Positions 1-10,154 of a stretch of DNA of 64,000 bases are shown here, piece by piece (the first letter of the stretch is position 1; each line of letters opens with the position of its first letter). This DNA is from a virus. The stretch is from IMG/VR virus record IMGVR_UViG_3300005663_000028, positions 32,001 to 96,000 of that record. The stretch is one strand, 5' to 3'. The translations under genes were made by a program, and so were the position numbers. A model generated the notes under the pieces. It had not been told where the DNA came from. It searched no databases and saw only the letters and a program-made list of their open reading frames with translations.

Positions 1-234
1 GGAGAAACGCATTCTGTAAGGGAGTTTTTAGAAGTAGCTTTTAATACAATTGGTTTGGATTATAGGGATTATTTTGAAGTTGATCCTAAGTTTTTCCGGC
101 CAGTTGATGTTAACTTATTACAAGCTGATCCAAGTAAAGCCAGGGAAGTTCTTGGTTGGAAACCTACAATTGGTTTTGGGGAAATGATAGATCAAATGGT
201 ACAAAGTGATTATGGGGTGTTGATAAATGCCTAG
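1..234 (+). CDS. gmd: GDP-mannose 4,6-dehydratase, C-terminal part (gene starts before window)
   Basis: Frame 1 reads GETHSVREFLEVAF...VDPKFFRPVDVNLLQADPSKAREVLGWKP...FGEMIDQMVQSD, the characteristic Gmd C-terminus; TAG at 232-234 overlaps the next start. Not in the ORF track. Confidence 0.9.
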   Translation, partial: GETHSVREFLEVAFNTIGLDYRDYFEVDPKFFRPVDVNLLQADPSKAREVLGWKPTIGFGEMIDQMVQSDYGVLINA

Positions 235-733
235 GCTTGTTTTACCCACCTATAAAGCGATTCGCGACACTCGCGAACAAAAGGGTTGGACCTTTGATGC
301 TCACGTACCTGATCGTCGCCCACCTAGGTGCGAGGGTATGGTTGTAGAAACTCTTCAAACTGGCGATTATAGCTTGGTTGGTTATACGGACATTTTAGCC
401 ATTGAACGAAAGGCAGATTTTTCGGAGCTTTGGGGAAATTATAGTGCTGCTAAGAGAAAGGCGTTTGAAGCTGAAATGGACCGAATGTCTCAAATTAAAC
501 ATTCGTACATTATTATAGAATCATTGTTTACCCCCGATATTATGGAGTTATCTCCACCTCAGTTTGCTAAAGGTGTTCCTGGTAAGTCTATGGTGAGATG
601 GTTGATGTTTTTAACAACTAAGTATGGGGTGAATATCATTCCGGCAGGAGCATGTGCTCGGAAGATTACCCAAATGATTATGGAAGAAGTTGTTCGTGTA
701 GAAAAAGAAAGGTGGGTTCCTCTTGGTAGTTAA
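227..733 (+). CDS. ERCC4/XPF-family nuclease
   Basis: Motif TLQTGDYSL...IERKADFSEL matches the ERCC4 GDY...ERK core. Confidence 0.8.
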   Translation: MPRLVLPTYKAIRDTREQKGWTFDAHVPDRRPPRCEGMVVETLQTGDYSLVGYTDILAIERKADFSELWGNYSAAKRKAFEAEMDRMSQIKHSYIIIESLFTPDIMELSPPQFAKGVPGKSMVRWLMFLTTKYGVNIIPAGACARKITQMIMEEVVRVEKERWVPLGS

Positions 734-2837
734 TGCTAAAATTAATGCTGAGTTAAACGACTTGCTTTACGGTGATGAGGGCAGGCTGGGTTATCTATTT
801 CCCTATCGCGATAAGGTTCCTAAGATCAAGGACCATATTTTCACCGATATAAAACAGACAAAGGAAGCGCTGGACAGAATTGTTCTTGGCAAAATGCTCG
901 ATGTTAACTATATTGGTTGGACAGCAAAAGCACTCCTTGGTCTTGACTTGCTTCCTATTCAGATAGCCACACTTCAGATTTTATGGAAGACTCCATTCCC
1001 TATGTTGATTGCTTGTCGTGGTGGTGGTAAAACCTTCTTACTTGCTGTTTATGCAGTTCTTCGCGCACTGCTTGATCCGGGAACTAAGGTTGTTATCGTT
1101 GGTGGTGGTTTGCGACAGGCCAAGTTAGTGTTCAACTACATAGAAACTCTTTGGAATCAATCTTCAATACTTCGGAACATTGTCGGTGGGGGCAAAAAGG
1201 CTGGACCGAGGCAAAACGTAGACCTTTGTTATTTTAAGTTGGGGGAGAGTATTATTTATGCACTCCCCACGGGCGACGGAACGAAAATTCGCGGGTTTCG
1301 TGCAAACGTAGTTATCGCCGATGAATTTGCAGCAATTCAGGAAGAAGTGTTTGATGTTGTTATTCGTGGTTTTGCGGCTACGGCGAAAACACCTATTGAG
1401 GAAGTGAAGAAAGCTGCTTTCGACAAGAAGTTGGCCCAACTAGACTTACCTGCTGATATTAAGAAAAAGTTAATTACTGACGACGGGAAAATGCATGGTA
1501 ACCAAATTATATATTCTGGTACTGCATATTATGCTTTCAACCACTTCTCTAGAAGACATGATATGTGGTGTGATATAATTAGGAGTAAGGGTAATCCAGG
1601 GCGTGTTGCAAAAATTTTTGATGGAGAAAACAATGTTCCAGATGATTTCAATTACAAGGATTATGCAGTAATTAGAATTCCACATACCCATTTACCGGAT
1701 CGTTTCCTGGATCATAGACAACTAGCTAACGCTAAAGCAACTCTTCCTAAAAATCTGTTCTTAATGGAATATGGTGCCGTGTTCATTAAGGATTCTGATG
1801 GATTTTTCCCACGTAGTTTAGTTGAGCAATGTACCGTTGGGCCGAATAAGCCTATCGAAACTCCGGATGGTCCAGTGACATTTTCTCCATTGATGAGGGG
1901 ACGACCTAAGCTAAAGTATGTTATGGGGATTGACCCCGCAGCCGAACGGGATAATCTTGCTATTACAATAACAGAAGTTTGGCCTAATCATTATCGAGTT
2001 GTATATTGTTGGGCTGTTAACAAAAAGGAGTTCTCTGATCGAAAAGAGAGGGGTTTAATTACCGACGATGACTACTATGCATACTGTTGTTCGCGAATTA
2101 GGGAACTTGTAAAGCTGTTCAATCCAGTAAGAATAGAAATGGATAGTCAGGGTGGTGGATATGCTGTTTCAGAAATGCTACGGAACAAAAAACTACTCGA
2201 TAAAGATAAGGGTGATTTCCCAATTTATGAAGTAGTAGACAAGGACGAACCTAAATCTACCGATGGTGAAACGGATGGTCGTCATATTTTACATCTAGTT
2301 AAGCAGAGTTCAGAGTACAACCAGGAAGCCAATATTTGTCTTCATAAAAGTATGGAAACTCAAACACTGCTATTTCCAGCATTTGATAGTGCAAATATGT
2401 ATTCTGCTCTTGAAGCTGAAAAGGCCGCAGGCGTTTCTTTTGATACATATGAAGAAAATGTATTCAATATTGAAGAGTTAAAGAACGAGCTTTGTACCAT
2501 TCAAATGAGTGAAACGGCTACGGGTAGAGAAAAATTCGATACCCCCACGGTTGTTCAAGCCGGAGCAGTAGAGGGTAGGGTTAGAAAGGGTAGGCTTCGA
2601 AAAGATCGTTATACCGCCCTTTTGCTGTCTCACAAATATATTTATGAAACAGATATAGCTCCAGACGATGGTATTGATTACAGTGACGTGGTGGGAAATA
2701 TTGAAAAACGCAGTAAACCGGGGAAAAATGAACCTTTATATAGGGGGCCTGGAGTTGGTAGAATGAGGAATTCCCAATATAGTAGAACTGGCGGGGTGTA
2801 CAAGGCCCTTAAGCGAGGAAATATCATTTCTGGTTAG
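723..2837 (+). CDS. terL: terminase large subunit
   Basis: Walker A ACRGGGKT, Walker B VVIADEF, C-terminal RNase H-like motifs GIDPA and D(S)QGGG, KDRYTA; directly upstream of portal. Confidence 0.9.
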   Translation: MVVNAKINAELNDLLYGDEGRLGYLFPYRDKVPKIKDHIFTDIKQTKEALDRIVLGKMLDVNYIGWTAKALLGLDLLPIQIATLQILWKTPFPMLIACRGGGKTFLLAVYAVLRALLDPGTKVVIVGGGLRQAKLVFNYIETLWNQSSILRNIVGGGKKAGPRQNVDLCYFKLGESIIYALPTGDGTKIRGFRANVVIADEFAAIQEEVFDVVIRGFAATAKTPIEEVKKAAFDKKLAQLDLPADIKKKLITDDGKMHGNQIIYSGTAYYAFNHFSRRHDMWCDIIRSKGNPGRVAKIFDGENNVPDDFNYKDYAVIRIPHTHLPDRFLDHRQLANAKATLPKNLFLMEYGAVFIKDSDGFFPRSLVEQCTVGPNKPIETPDGPVTFSPLMRGRPKLKYVMGIDPAAERDNLAITITEVWPNHYRVVYCWAVNKKEFSDRKERGLITDDDYYAYCCSRIRELVKLFNPVRIEMDSQGGGYAVSEMLRNKKLLDKDKGDFPIYEVVDKDEPKSTDGETDGRHILHLVKQSSEYNQEANICLHKSMETQTLLFPAFDSANMYSALEAEKAAGVSFDTYEENVFNIEELKNELCTIQMSETATGREKFDTPTVVQAGAVEGRVRKGRLRKDRYTALLLSHKYIYETDIAPDDGIDYSDVVGNIEKRSKPGKNEPLYRGPGVGRMRNSQYSRTGGVYKALKRGNIISG

Positions 2838-2838
2838 T

Positions 2839-2847
2839 GGTGTATAA
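2839..2847 (+). promoter_or_regulatory. GGTGTATAA putative phage late-promoter motif (before portal)
   Basis: One of nine exact + strand copies, all upstream of gene starts. Confidence 0.7.
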
Positions 2848-2898
2848 TCAATAGAACTGTATTACGATTGTAATTGGATTAAACAAGAAGGAAATAAA

Positions 2899-5022
2899 AT
2901 GGCTGCGAAGAAATCTAGTTCCAACACTCCGAAGCAAGAGGTTATGTACACCAGGGGTGAACAGGCTTTATCTAAACACACTGTTTCAGAAGTATGTCAC
3001 ATAAATCGAGGTATTGCTGGTCGAAGTGTTGCGGCTGACATAAATCTCCGAGCAGGACATAATCGCCACGATTATGATGCACAAAGACCCAGCGATAGGC
3101 TCCCCACCGAACACGCAGAAATTATTCAGGCGTGTCAATCGGTTTACCGTAAGATTGGTATGGTGCGAAATATTATTGATCTAATGACAGATTTTGCTTC
3201 AGAGGGGTTGGAGTTACAACACACAGTAAAGTCACAAGAACAATTTTATCGTGTTTGGGCCGAAAAAGCTGATTTGCCTGGCCGACTTCATGATTTTATG
3301 AAATTGTTGATGCGAGACGGTAATGTTATTGTTCGACGTAAAAATGCACTTATAGCTCGACCCCTTATTAAAGAGATGACTAGAGGTGGGATTGGAGTTA
3401 TGGATACAATTACCGAAACCAATGTTACCGAGCAGCCAGAAAAGATTGGGAAAACGAAACTTAAAACGAAGAAAAATGAAATTCCGTGGAAATATACTTT
3501 TCTATCTCCAGTGGTTATTAAGAAAATAGGTGGTGAAGTAGGTCGGTTTTTTGGTTCAGACGCCTTAGGAATGGAAATTCCATCTTCTCTTGCCAACTCT
3601 ATAAATTCACCCAAGAGCAACGCTGAAAAAGATTTTGTCAAAAAGCTTCCTCCAGAAGTGGTTGCCGCTGCTAAAAAGGGTGGGAGACTGGTGGAGTTAG
3701 ATATGGATCGAATTTATGTTGATTATTATAAAAAGGATGACTGGGAGGATTGGGGCACACCATTTCTATACGGTGTTCTTGAAGACGTGATGTTTAAGGA
3801 GAAAATGCGGCTAGCTGATATGGCAGCGCTTGATGGTGTTATTAATGTTATTCGTTTGTGGAAACTAGGTAAGTCAGAGAAGGAGATTATGCCAGCACCT
3901 GCCATGATTGACAAACTCATCGGCATACTTCAAACAAATGCTGGCGGTGGGGTCATGGACCTTGTCTGGGATGATATGATTGATTTACAGGTTGAATATC
4001 CACCCACAGATAAAATTCTTGGACAAGAAAAATATATTGGTGTAAATTCGGATATTGTTCGTGGTCTTGGCATTCCAGATTCATTGGTTGGTGGTGCCGA
4101 CTTGGGAACACGTAATGCTCAATCCGCTTTTGTTCAATTGAAAACTCTTGTCGAAAGACTTGAATATGTGAGGGGCCGTGCTATTCGTTGGATGAAAGGT
4201 GAATTACGGCTCGTTGCAGACGCAATGGGGTTCAAGAAGATTCCAACTATTAATTTCGGCATCATGTCTTTGCGAGACGAAGCAGCAGAGAAGCAACTAA
4301 TGATCCAATTACTTGATCGTGGGATTGTTTCATCAGAGAAGACTTCAGAGGTATTTGGGACAAACTACATGATTGAACTTGAGAGAATGAAGACTGAACA
4401 AGGTATCCGAGACGATCATCCGGGTGTGCTAGAAAAAGCCGGTCCATATAATGCTCCGTTCTCTGTTATGGAGAAACAAACAGACCTTGCCATTCAAGTA
4501 CAGAAGGTAAAGCAGGGTTTGGATCGAAACAGTAAATTGCCCAGCAATACGAACGACAATGGTGGTGGAGATAATCCCTCGGGTAGTCAACCAAAGAATA
4601 GGGGTACAAATCCATCAGGCAGACCCCCATCTACGAAGGACACAAAACCGCGAGATCAGCGAACTCCAAAAACCCAGTCCGTATTACAAGTTATCGCGGA
4701 GGGGTTTATTGAACAGATTGATCGAATAACCGACGAACCATATCTGAAACAACAAGGGGCCAAGAACATGAGGTCTTTGACAAAACCCCAAAAAGCAGAG
4801 CTAGAAGGGGTAAAACGCACTATATTATCCGTCTTGCTACCTAATGACATAGTGACGAAGGAACTGGTGTCACAGAGGTTGGATAATATTTCGTCTGCCG
4901 GGTGTTTCGAGGTTTATTTCAATGATTTAATGGTAAAGTTTACTGCGTCAGTTCAGCACACCCCTACCACTAAAGAGCGTAGAGCGTTAATGGCCCTAAC
5001 ATGGGTTGATTTGGTTGGATAA
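2899..5022 (+). CDS. portal protein
   Basis: Follows terL; 707 aa; WGTPFLY...LADMAALDG segment and low-complexity C-terminal tail typical of large-phage portals. Confidence 0.8.
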   Translation: MAAKKSSSNTPKQEVMYTRGEQALSKHTVSEVCHINRGIAGRSVAADINLRAGHNRHDYDAQRPSDRLPTEHAEIIQACQSVYRKIGMVRNIIDLMTDFASEGLELQHTVKSQEQFYRVWAEKADLPGRLHDFMKLLMRDGNVIVRRKNALIARPLIKEMTRGGIGVMDTITETNVTEQPEKIGKTKLKTKKNEIPWKYTFLSPVVIKKIGGEVGRFFGSDALGMEIPSSLANSINSPKSNAEKDFVKKLPPEVVAAAKKGGRLVELDMDRIYVDYYKKDDWEDWGTPFLYGVLEDVMFKEKMRLADMAALDGVINVIRLWKLGKSEKEIMPAPAMIDKLIGILQTNAGGGVMDLVWDDMIDLQVEYPPTDKILGQEKYIGVNSDIVRGLGIPDSLVGGADLGTRNAQSAFVQLKTLVERLEYVRGRAIRWMKGELRLVADAMGFKKIPTINFGIMSLRDEAAEKQLMIQLLDRGIVSSEKTSEVFGTNYMIELERMKTEQGIRDDHPGVLEKAGPYNAPFSVMEKQTDLAIQVQKVKQGLDRNSKLPSNTNDNGGGDNPSGSQPKNRGTNPSGRPPSTKDTKPRDQRTPKTQSVLQVIAEGFIEQIDRITDEPYLKQQGAKNMRSLTKPQKAELEGVKRTILSVLLPNDIVTKELVSQRLDNISSAGCFEVYFNDLMVKFTASVQHTPTTKERRALMALTWVDLVG

Positions 5023-5049
5023 GAGTTTGAGAATAAAGGGAGGATAGTT

Positions 5050-5382
5050 ATGGCAATAGTAAATGTTTCATTAGACACGACCATTCGGCAGGTAATTCTT
5101 ACGATTAATGGCATATTGGTGTCTGCAAATGAGGTATCGATTAACAAATACGTATTTGACGATGGTGACGAAAGTATTTCTTTTTCGTATACCATTGAGA
5201 ATGTTGATGGTAGTGGAATGAGGGAAAGACGGCAATTTTCTCTTCCCTCACCAACAACCCCAGCTTCTGAGGCGGGTGCGGCAGTTGATGATAATGGATT
5301 GGTGTCGAAATCTGTGCTCGATCAGAAAAAGGCTGCGGCAGGTTTGGCTAAATTTTTAAAGCCAGACAAGAAAATTGAGTAG
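5050..5382 (+). CDS. hypothetical head-module protein
   Basis: 110-aa ORF with RBS GGAGG between portal and protease. Confidence 0.55.
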   Translation: MAIVNVSLDTTIRQVILTINGILVSANEVSINKYVFDDGDESISFSYTIENVDGSGMRERRQFSLPSPTTPASEAGAAVDDNGLVSKSVLDQKKAAAGLAKFLKPDKKIE

Positions 5383-5458
5383 TGTACTAATGAATAGTCT
5401 TCAGTTTCGTGTGTTTTATATTGACAATTGTGTATAACCAATACGACAGGAGGTATTC

Positions 5459-6919
5459 GTGCGAGTTTATCAATCCGAAAAAGATGCTGGTGTAGATTTT
5501 CAGTTAAATGAGGCTGGAAGCTTATCTGCATTTGTTACAGCTAAAGTTCAAATTCGGGATATTAAAGAGTATTTTGACGGTATGTCTGTCGCAGACCTTA
5601 TGGAGGCTACCCAAACTGTTCAATCTGTAGAGGAGCTTCTTGGTCAAGAACAGCCAGATTTGGCTTTGGTCGTTGCGATTCTGGTTAGTACTGGGTGGAA
5701 TAAGAATGATGATATTTTCACGCCAGACGAGGTGTGGAAAGCTAAATCGTCCCCCATGAACAAACCGATGAATGATAATCATGATGAAGAAAAAATTCTT
5801 GGACACATTGTTCAAAGCAGGGCGTTAGATAAATCCGGCAATGAAATTGTGTTGGCAGATAATGAGTCTCCTCCGGATGAATTTGACATTGAGGTAGCTG
5901 GGGTGCTATATAGGGCGTTTCCGAAACTGAGAGAACGAATTGATGAGATTATTGCTAAGGCTAAAAGTGGTGAAATGTTTGTGTCTATGGAGGCTTGGTT
6001 TCCGGATTTCGGATATGGTCTGATTGATCCAGCAACAGGAGAAACCAAACTAATAGAACGAACTGAAGAAACCGCTTTTTTAACTAAGCATCTAAGAATT
6101 TATGGTGGCTGTGGAGAGTATCAAGATTTTAAGATTGGAAGACACTTAAAGGATATTATTTTCGGGGCACAAGGGTTTGTTGATGAACCCGCTAATCCTG
6201 ATTCTGTGATAAAGAAGGTTGCGGCGAAGAAAAATGCCGCTTCAAGTGTGTTTGTTACTGCTGAATTAAGTGAACTACCGGAAGGGGGTGTAGAAGACGT
6301 GGATGAAAAAGAAATGAAAGAACTTCAAACGAAACTAGACGAGGCTCAGGCAAGTCTTGAAGGCAAAGAAAAGGAAGTTACTGACTTGCAGAAGGCTGCG
6401 GAGGATTTCAAGGCTAAGGACTACGAGGGGCAGATTGCTACTCTGACTGCTAAGGTCGAGGAATTAAATGCGGGCATTGCAAAGACGTCTGAGAAAACAG
6501 AGGTTGATAAGGTTGAACTTCAGAAACAGCTTACCGAAGTAACGGAACGGGCTGAGAAGAGTGATGCTGAATTAGACGAGATTCGTAAGACTGAAACGGC
6601 TCGTGAGCGATTTGCTAAACTTTCTGAGGTGAAGAAGATTACGGACGAAAAGGCGACCCTCGCTGACCTGCGTGGAATGTCTGAAGAGACGTTTGTTGCA
6701 GTTCTAAATTATGCTGGTCAAAGTAAGTCTGAAGGTACCGAAAAGACGGCACCAGAAGATAATGGAACTGAACAAGCGGAAGCTGTTTTGGGTAATGTGG
6801 ACGAAAAAGAAAAAGATGATGCTGATTTCAATGCAAATGAAACTGTTGTGGAATCAAATGTCAAAAGGTATGCGTCGTTGGCGGGTGTGCTAACTGGTCG
6901 CGCAGAAAAGAAAGATTAA
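5459..6919 (+). CDS. prohead protease/scaffold fusion
   Basis: N-terminal STGWNKNDDIF, NDNHD and VSMEAWF motifs; long acidic coiled-coil C-terminus; preceded by TGTGTATAA and RBS AGGAGGT. Confidence 0.65.
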   Translation: MRVYQSEKDAGVDFQLNEAGSLSAFVTAKVQIRDIKEYFDGMSVADLMEATQTVQSVEELLGQEQPDLALVVAILVSTGWNKNDDIFTPDEVWKAKSSPMNKPMNDNHDEEKILGHIVQSRALDKSGNEIVLADNESPPDEFDIEVAGVLYRAFPKLRERIDEIIAKAKSGEMFVSMEAWFPDFGYGLIDPATGETKLIERTEETAFLTKHLRIYGGCGEYQDFKIGRHLKDIIFGAQGFVDEPANPDSVIKKVAAKKNAASSVFVTAELSELPEGGVEDVDEKEMKELQTKLDEAQASLEGKEKEVTDLQKAAEDFKAKDYEGQIATLTAKVEELNAGIAKTSEKTEVDKVELQKQLTEVTERAEKSDAELDEIRKTETARERFAKLSEVKKITDEKATLADLRGMSEETFVAVLNYAGQSKSEGTEKTAPEDNGTEQAEAVLGNVDEKEKDDADFNANETVVESNVKRYASLAGVLTGRAEKKD

Positions 6920-6933
6920 GGGGGTGAACAAGG

Positions 6934-7422
6934 ATGGCTTTGAAACCAGATCGTGAGTATAATGAGATTACTGATATTGCGAACTTTTGGGATGAGGATG
7001 AGACTCGTGCTATCGAAAAGGGTGGCATGGCGAGTGTTGTGACCTCGTCTAGTGGTGCCGCTATGGGTACTAATTATACCGATGAGGCAAATGTTGTTGA
7101 TTATGATGATTCTGTTGGTTCTAGTACAGTTCCAAAGGGTATTCTGTTACAGAATGTGGCTTTGAAGATGAGTACGACAAGGGACTTTATCAATCATTAC
7201 ACACAAGAGATTCGTCCTGGCGATAAGTGTACACTAGTTCGGCATGGCTGGGTTGTTACTGACATGATTACTCCAGGTCAGACGCCTGCTATTGGTGGTA
7301 CGGCTTATTTGGGTCAGAGTGGCCTTTTGGCCACGGGTGCAGTGAGTAGCTCGGTAGCCGTTGGTCGTTTTGAGACGACAAAAGACGGAAATGGTTTTTG
7401 TAGGGTTTTTATCGATCTCTAA
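6934..7422 (+). CDS. capsid decoration/cement protein
   Basis: 162 aa between scaffold and major capsid; beta-rich with G-x-V-V-T-D motif. Confidence 0.6.
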   Translation: MALKPDREYNEITDIANFWDEDETRAIEKGGMASVVTSSSGAAMGTNYTDEANVVDYDDSVGSSTVPKGILLQNVALKMSTTRDFINHYTQEIRPGDKCTLVRHGWVVTDMITPGQTPAIGGTAYLGQSGLLATGAVSSSVAVGRFETTKDGNGFCRVFIDL

Positions 7423-7437
7423 AGGAGGTGAAGAAGA

Positions 7438-8463
7438 ATGAAGCGTAATATTGTAAAACCAACTGATGACCAGATTGAACTTTTGAGAAAAACTGGTTCT
7501 AATGATAGGGATGAGCAAAAAGAGGCAATGAAGTCTTTGGCCGAGGCACTGGAAACTCCCCTGCGTTCGGCATTGCTTGATGGTGATATTTTGGGTGGAA
7601 TCTTCACCCCTGAACTTCTGGCACCAGATGCGACTCCTGAGTATCCATTGGATTTGTATCAGACTGCACAGGAAGGCGATTATGTGGCATACCAGTTGCC
7701 AAGTGAGGGTGCGCTACCACTGAGAACCGTGGTTAGTGATTCTCTGACGGTACAGACATATAGCGTTGGTAATGCTATTGACTGGCCACTGAGGTACGCT
7801 TTCACCGCACGGTGGAACATTGTTGCTCGTGCGATGGCAGTTCTTGAGGCTGGATTCGTCAAAAAGATGAATACGGATGGGTGGCGTGTAATCATTGCTG
7901 GTGGTGCAGGTCGAACAGATTACAACGGTGGTTCGCCACTGGTGTATGACAGTGCGGCTGTTATTGGTCAGTTTACGAAACGTCTTATATCTCTGATGAA
8001 AACGACAATGACTCGCCTGGGCGGTGGAAACACTGCTTCTGGTAATCGGAGTACGTTGACTGATGTGTTTATCAGTCCAGAGGCTCTGGAAGACATTCGT
8101 GAATGGGATGCAGACCAAGTTGATGATGTGACTCGTCGGGAAATTTTTACTGCCAGTGATGGTGGTGGCCCAATGGCTCAAATCTATGGTGTCAATTTGC
8201 ACACATTGGATGAGCTTGGTGTTGGCCAGGAATTCCAGACGTTTTTCGCGACACTAGGTGTTAACATGGGTACTGACGATGAGGAAATCGTTGTCGGCTT
8301 AGACATGAATAAGAACGATTCTTTTGTCATGCCTGTTCGACGTCCTCTCACAATCTTCGATGATGAGAATCTGCACAGACGACAGCGCGCCGGATTTTAC
8401 GGGTGGGCGGAGCATGGCTTTGCGTCACTTGACGGGCGCCGGTGCCTCCTCGCGTCTTTCTAA
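7438..8463 (+). CDS. major capsid protein (HK97 fold)
   Basis: 341 aa, head-module position, strong RBS AAGGAGGTG, C-terminal GFYGWAEHGFASLD, followed by strong terminator. Confidence 0.8.
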   Translation: MKRNIVKPTDDQIELLRKTGSNDRDEQKEAMKSLAEALETPLRSALLDGDILGGIFTPELLAPDATPEYPLDLYQTAQEGDYVAYQLPSEGALPLRTVVSDSLTVQTYSVGNAIDWPLRYAFTARWNIVARAMAVLEAGFVKKMNTDGWRVIIAGGAGRTDYNGGSPLVYDSAAVIGQFTKRLISLMKTTMTRLGGGNTASGNRSTLTDVFISPEALEDIREWDADQVDDVTRREIFTASDGGGPMAQIYGVNLHTLDELGVGQEFQTFFATLGVNMGTDDEEIVVGLDMNKNDSFVMPVRRPLTIFDDENLHRRQRAGFYGWAEHGFASLDGRRCLLASF

Positions 8464-8502
8464 CCCCTTGTAAACAAAGGACTTACGTCTTTTGGTACTT
8501 AT

Positions 8503-8536
8503 GAGAGGGAAGGGTAAAACCTTCCCTCTCTTTTTT
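8503..8536 (+). terminator. intrinsic terminator after major capsid gene
   Basis: Perfect 11-bp stem GAGAGGGAAGG/CCTTCCCTCTC followed by T6. Confidence 0.85.
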
Positions 8537-8616
8537 ATCTAAAAATTTTCACACAAAAGCTAGTTTTTTATCGACAATATTTGGGACAAAATTACAGGTT
8601 GTACGTATAATAGAGT

Positions 8617-10071
8617 GTGAGACCAGTAAAGATAAATGAGAGTTTGTTGCACGACTTATATGTTCATCTCGAATTGACGGCCAAGGAATGTGCTAAAATT
8701 CTAGGTGTCAGTGATACGTCTATCTGTCGTCGTCTAAAAAAGCTTGGAATACGAGTTAGACCTCCAATTAGGGGGTTGATGACAAATATTAGTGATGACC
8801 AAGTTATTGATCTGTACTGGAATAACAAACTTAGTATTTGTGAAACAGCAAAGAAATTAGGGGTTAGCGAGGGGTGTGTAAAAAAGCGATTAAACAAATC
8901 GGGGAAAGGAACCAGGACTGTTCGGGAGGGCGCAAGACTATGGAGAGGTAGCGATGAAATATTGGATGACCAATTAATACATTTATACGATGTATGTGGT
9001 TGGTCATGCGAAAAAATATCGGCTCACTTCAATAAGAGTTCCCAGTTTACCAGACATAGATTTATAGCAATGGGTAAGGAGCGGAGAAAGAACACTGGGA
9101 AAAATAATGGATCATGGAAAGGTGGAATAAACGATATTGGAAGTGCGGTACGTGGTTGTGCTACTTCATTACAGTGGAGAAAAGACGCATTTTCAAAGCA
9201 GCAATACAAAAGTGAAATTTCCAACCAACAAATTAGAGAATTAAATTGCCACCATATATATCCATTTCACGTTATTTTGCGATCCTCAATAACAAAACAT
9301 ACACCCTTGCCAGACGAATACAGAAGCTTGGCAATTGTCAACGACCCCAGATTCTACGATGGTCAAAACGGCTTGGTTGTATCAAAAGAGGAGCACGACA
9401 ATATCGAGATGGGTAAATTAGATCAAGCACACCCTTGGTGGAAAATTTGGCAAGCCTATCCATCGTTTGCAATTAATCGCAGTGATTTTAATGATATGGA
9501 TTTTGATTTATTTAACGATAAGGGAATGATACGTCCGACCGATTACAGTATTAATATTTCCCCCGTAGGGGACATAAAACACATAATTAGATACGAACAT
9601 TATTTAGGGACCATTCCTGGTTCCAAATTAATACTTGTAGCTAGACAGAAAAGTGTCATTGTCGGAATAGCTACGTTTGGCAAAGGCACCAACAGAAATA
9701 TACCTGATAATACTTGGGAGTTAACCCGTCTCTGTATTCCCTTTTATGTGGTAAGACCATTTGCCTGTGAGTTTTTGGACCGGTGCTATGGCTATATCAG
9801 AGAGAATTACCCCCAGATTAAGGAATTGGTGTCATTTGCAGATTCTTCTGTCGGACACAATGGTGGTATTTACCGAATGGCCAAATGGGCGAAAAACGGA
9901 CAAACACCCCCTAGCTATGCCTATTTTGATCCAGCAACGTTTAAATTGATGCACAAATCAGCTTGTAGAAGAATTAAGGGTGTTGATAAAACCGAACGGG
10001 AATTGGCAGACGAAAGAGGGTGGATTCGCATTCCTCTTACTCACAAGTATAAATATTCACTTATTCTGTAA
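8617..10071 (+). CDS. HTH-repeat + HNH-like + Mom-like (GNAT) fusion protein
   Basis: Three HTH repeats, GKNNGSWKGG (NUMOD-like), NCHHIYPF...NGLVVSKEEH HNH-like core, C-terminal HYLG...TFG...WELTRLC...SFAD...GHNGGIY Mom-like domain. Confidence 0.65.
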   Translation: MRPVKINESLLHDLYVHLELTAKECAKILGVSDTSICRRLKKLGIRVRPPIRGLMTNISDDQVIDLYWNNKLSICETAKKLGVSEGCVKKRLNKSGKGTRTVREGARLWRGSDEILDDQLIHLYDVCGWSCEKISAHFNKSSQFTRHRFIAMGKERRKNTGKNNGSWKGGINDIGSAVRGCATSLQWRKDAFSKQQYKSEISNQQIRELNCHHIYPFHVILRSSITKHTPLPDEYRSLAIVNDPRFYDGQNGLVVSKEEHDNIEMGKLDQAHPWWKIWQAYPSFAINRSDFNDMDFDLFNDKGMIRPTDYSINISPVGDIKHIIRYEHYLGTIPGSKLILVARQKSVIVGIATFGKGTNRNIPDNTWELTRLCIPFYVVRPFACEFLDRCYGYIRENYPQIKELVSFADSSVGHNGGIYRMAKWAKNGQTPPSYAYFDPATFKLMHKSACRRIKGVDKTERELADERGWIRIPLTHKYKYSLIL

Positions 10072-10108
10072 CACTCTCACCAACCCAAAAAACTCATTTT
10101 CCACCCCT

Positions 10109-10117
10109 GGTGTATAA
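10109..10117 (+). promoter_or_regulatory. GGTGTATAA motif
   Basis: Exact copy upstream of the HTH gene and neck-region operon. Confidence 0.65.
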
Positions 10118-10154
10118 TCCAATAGCTAATGAAAGGTCTTTTTCTGGGGGTTCT

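Noticed and set aside
723-2837. Intein or intron in the long terminase
   Set aside because: No intein splice motifs or inserted endonuclease domain recognised
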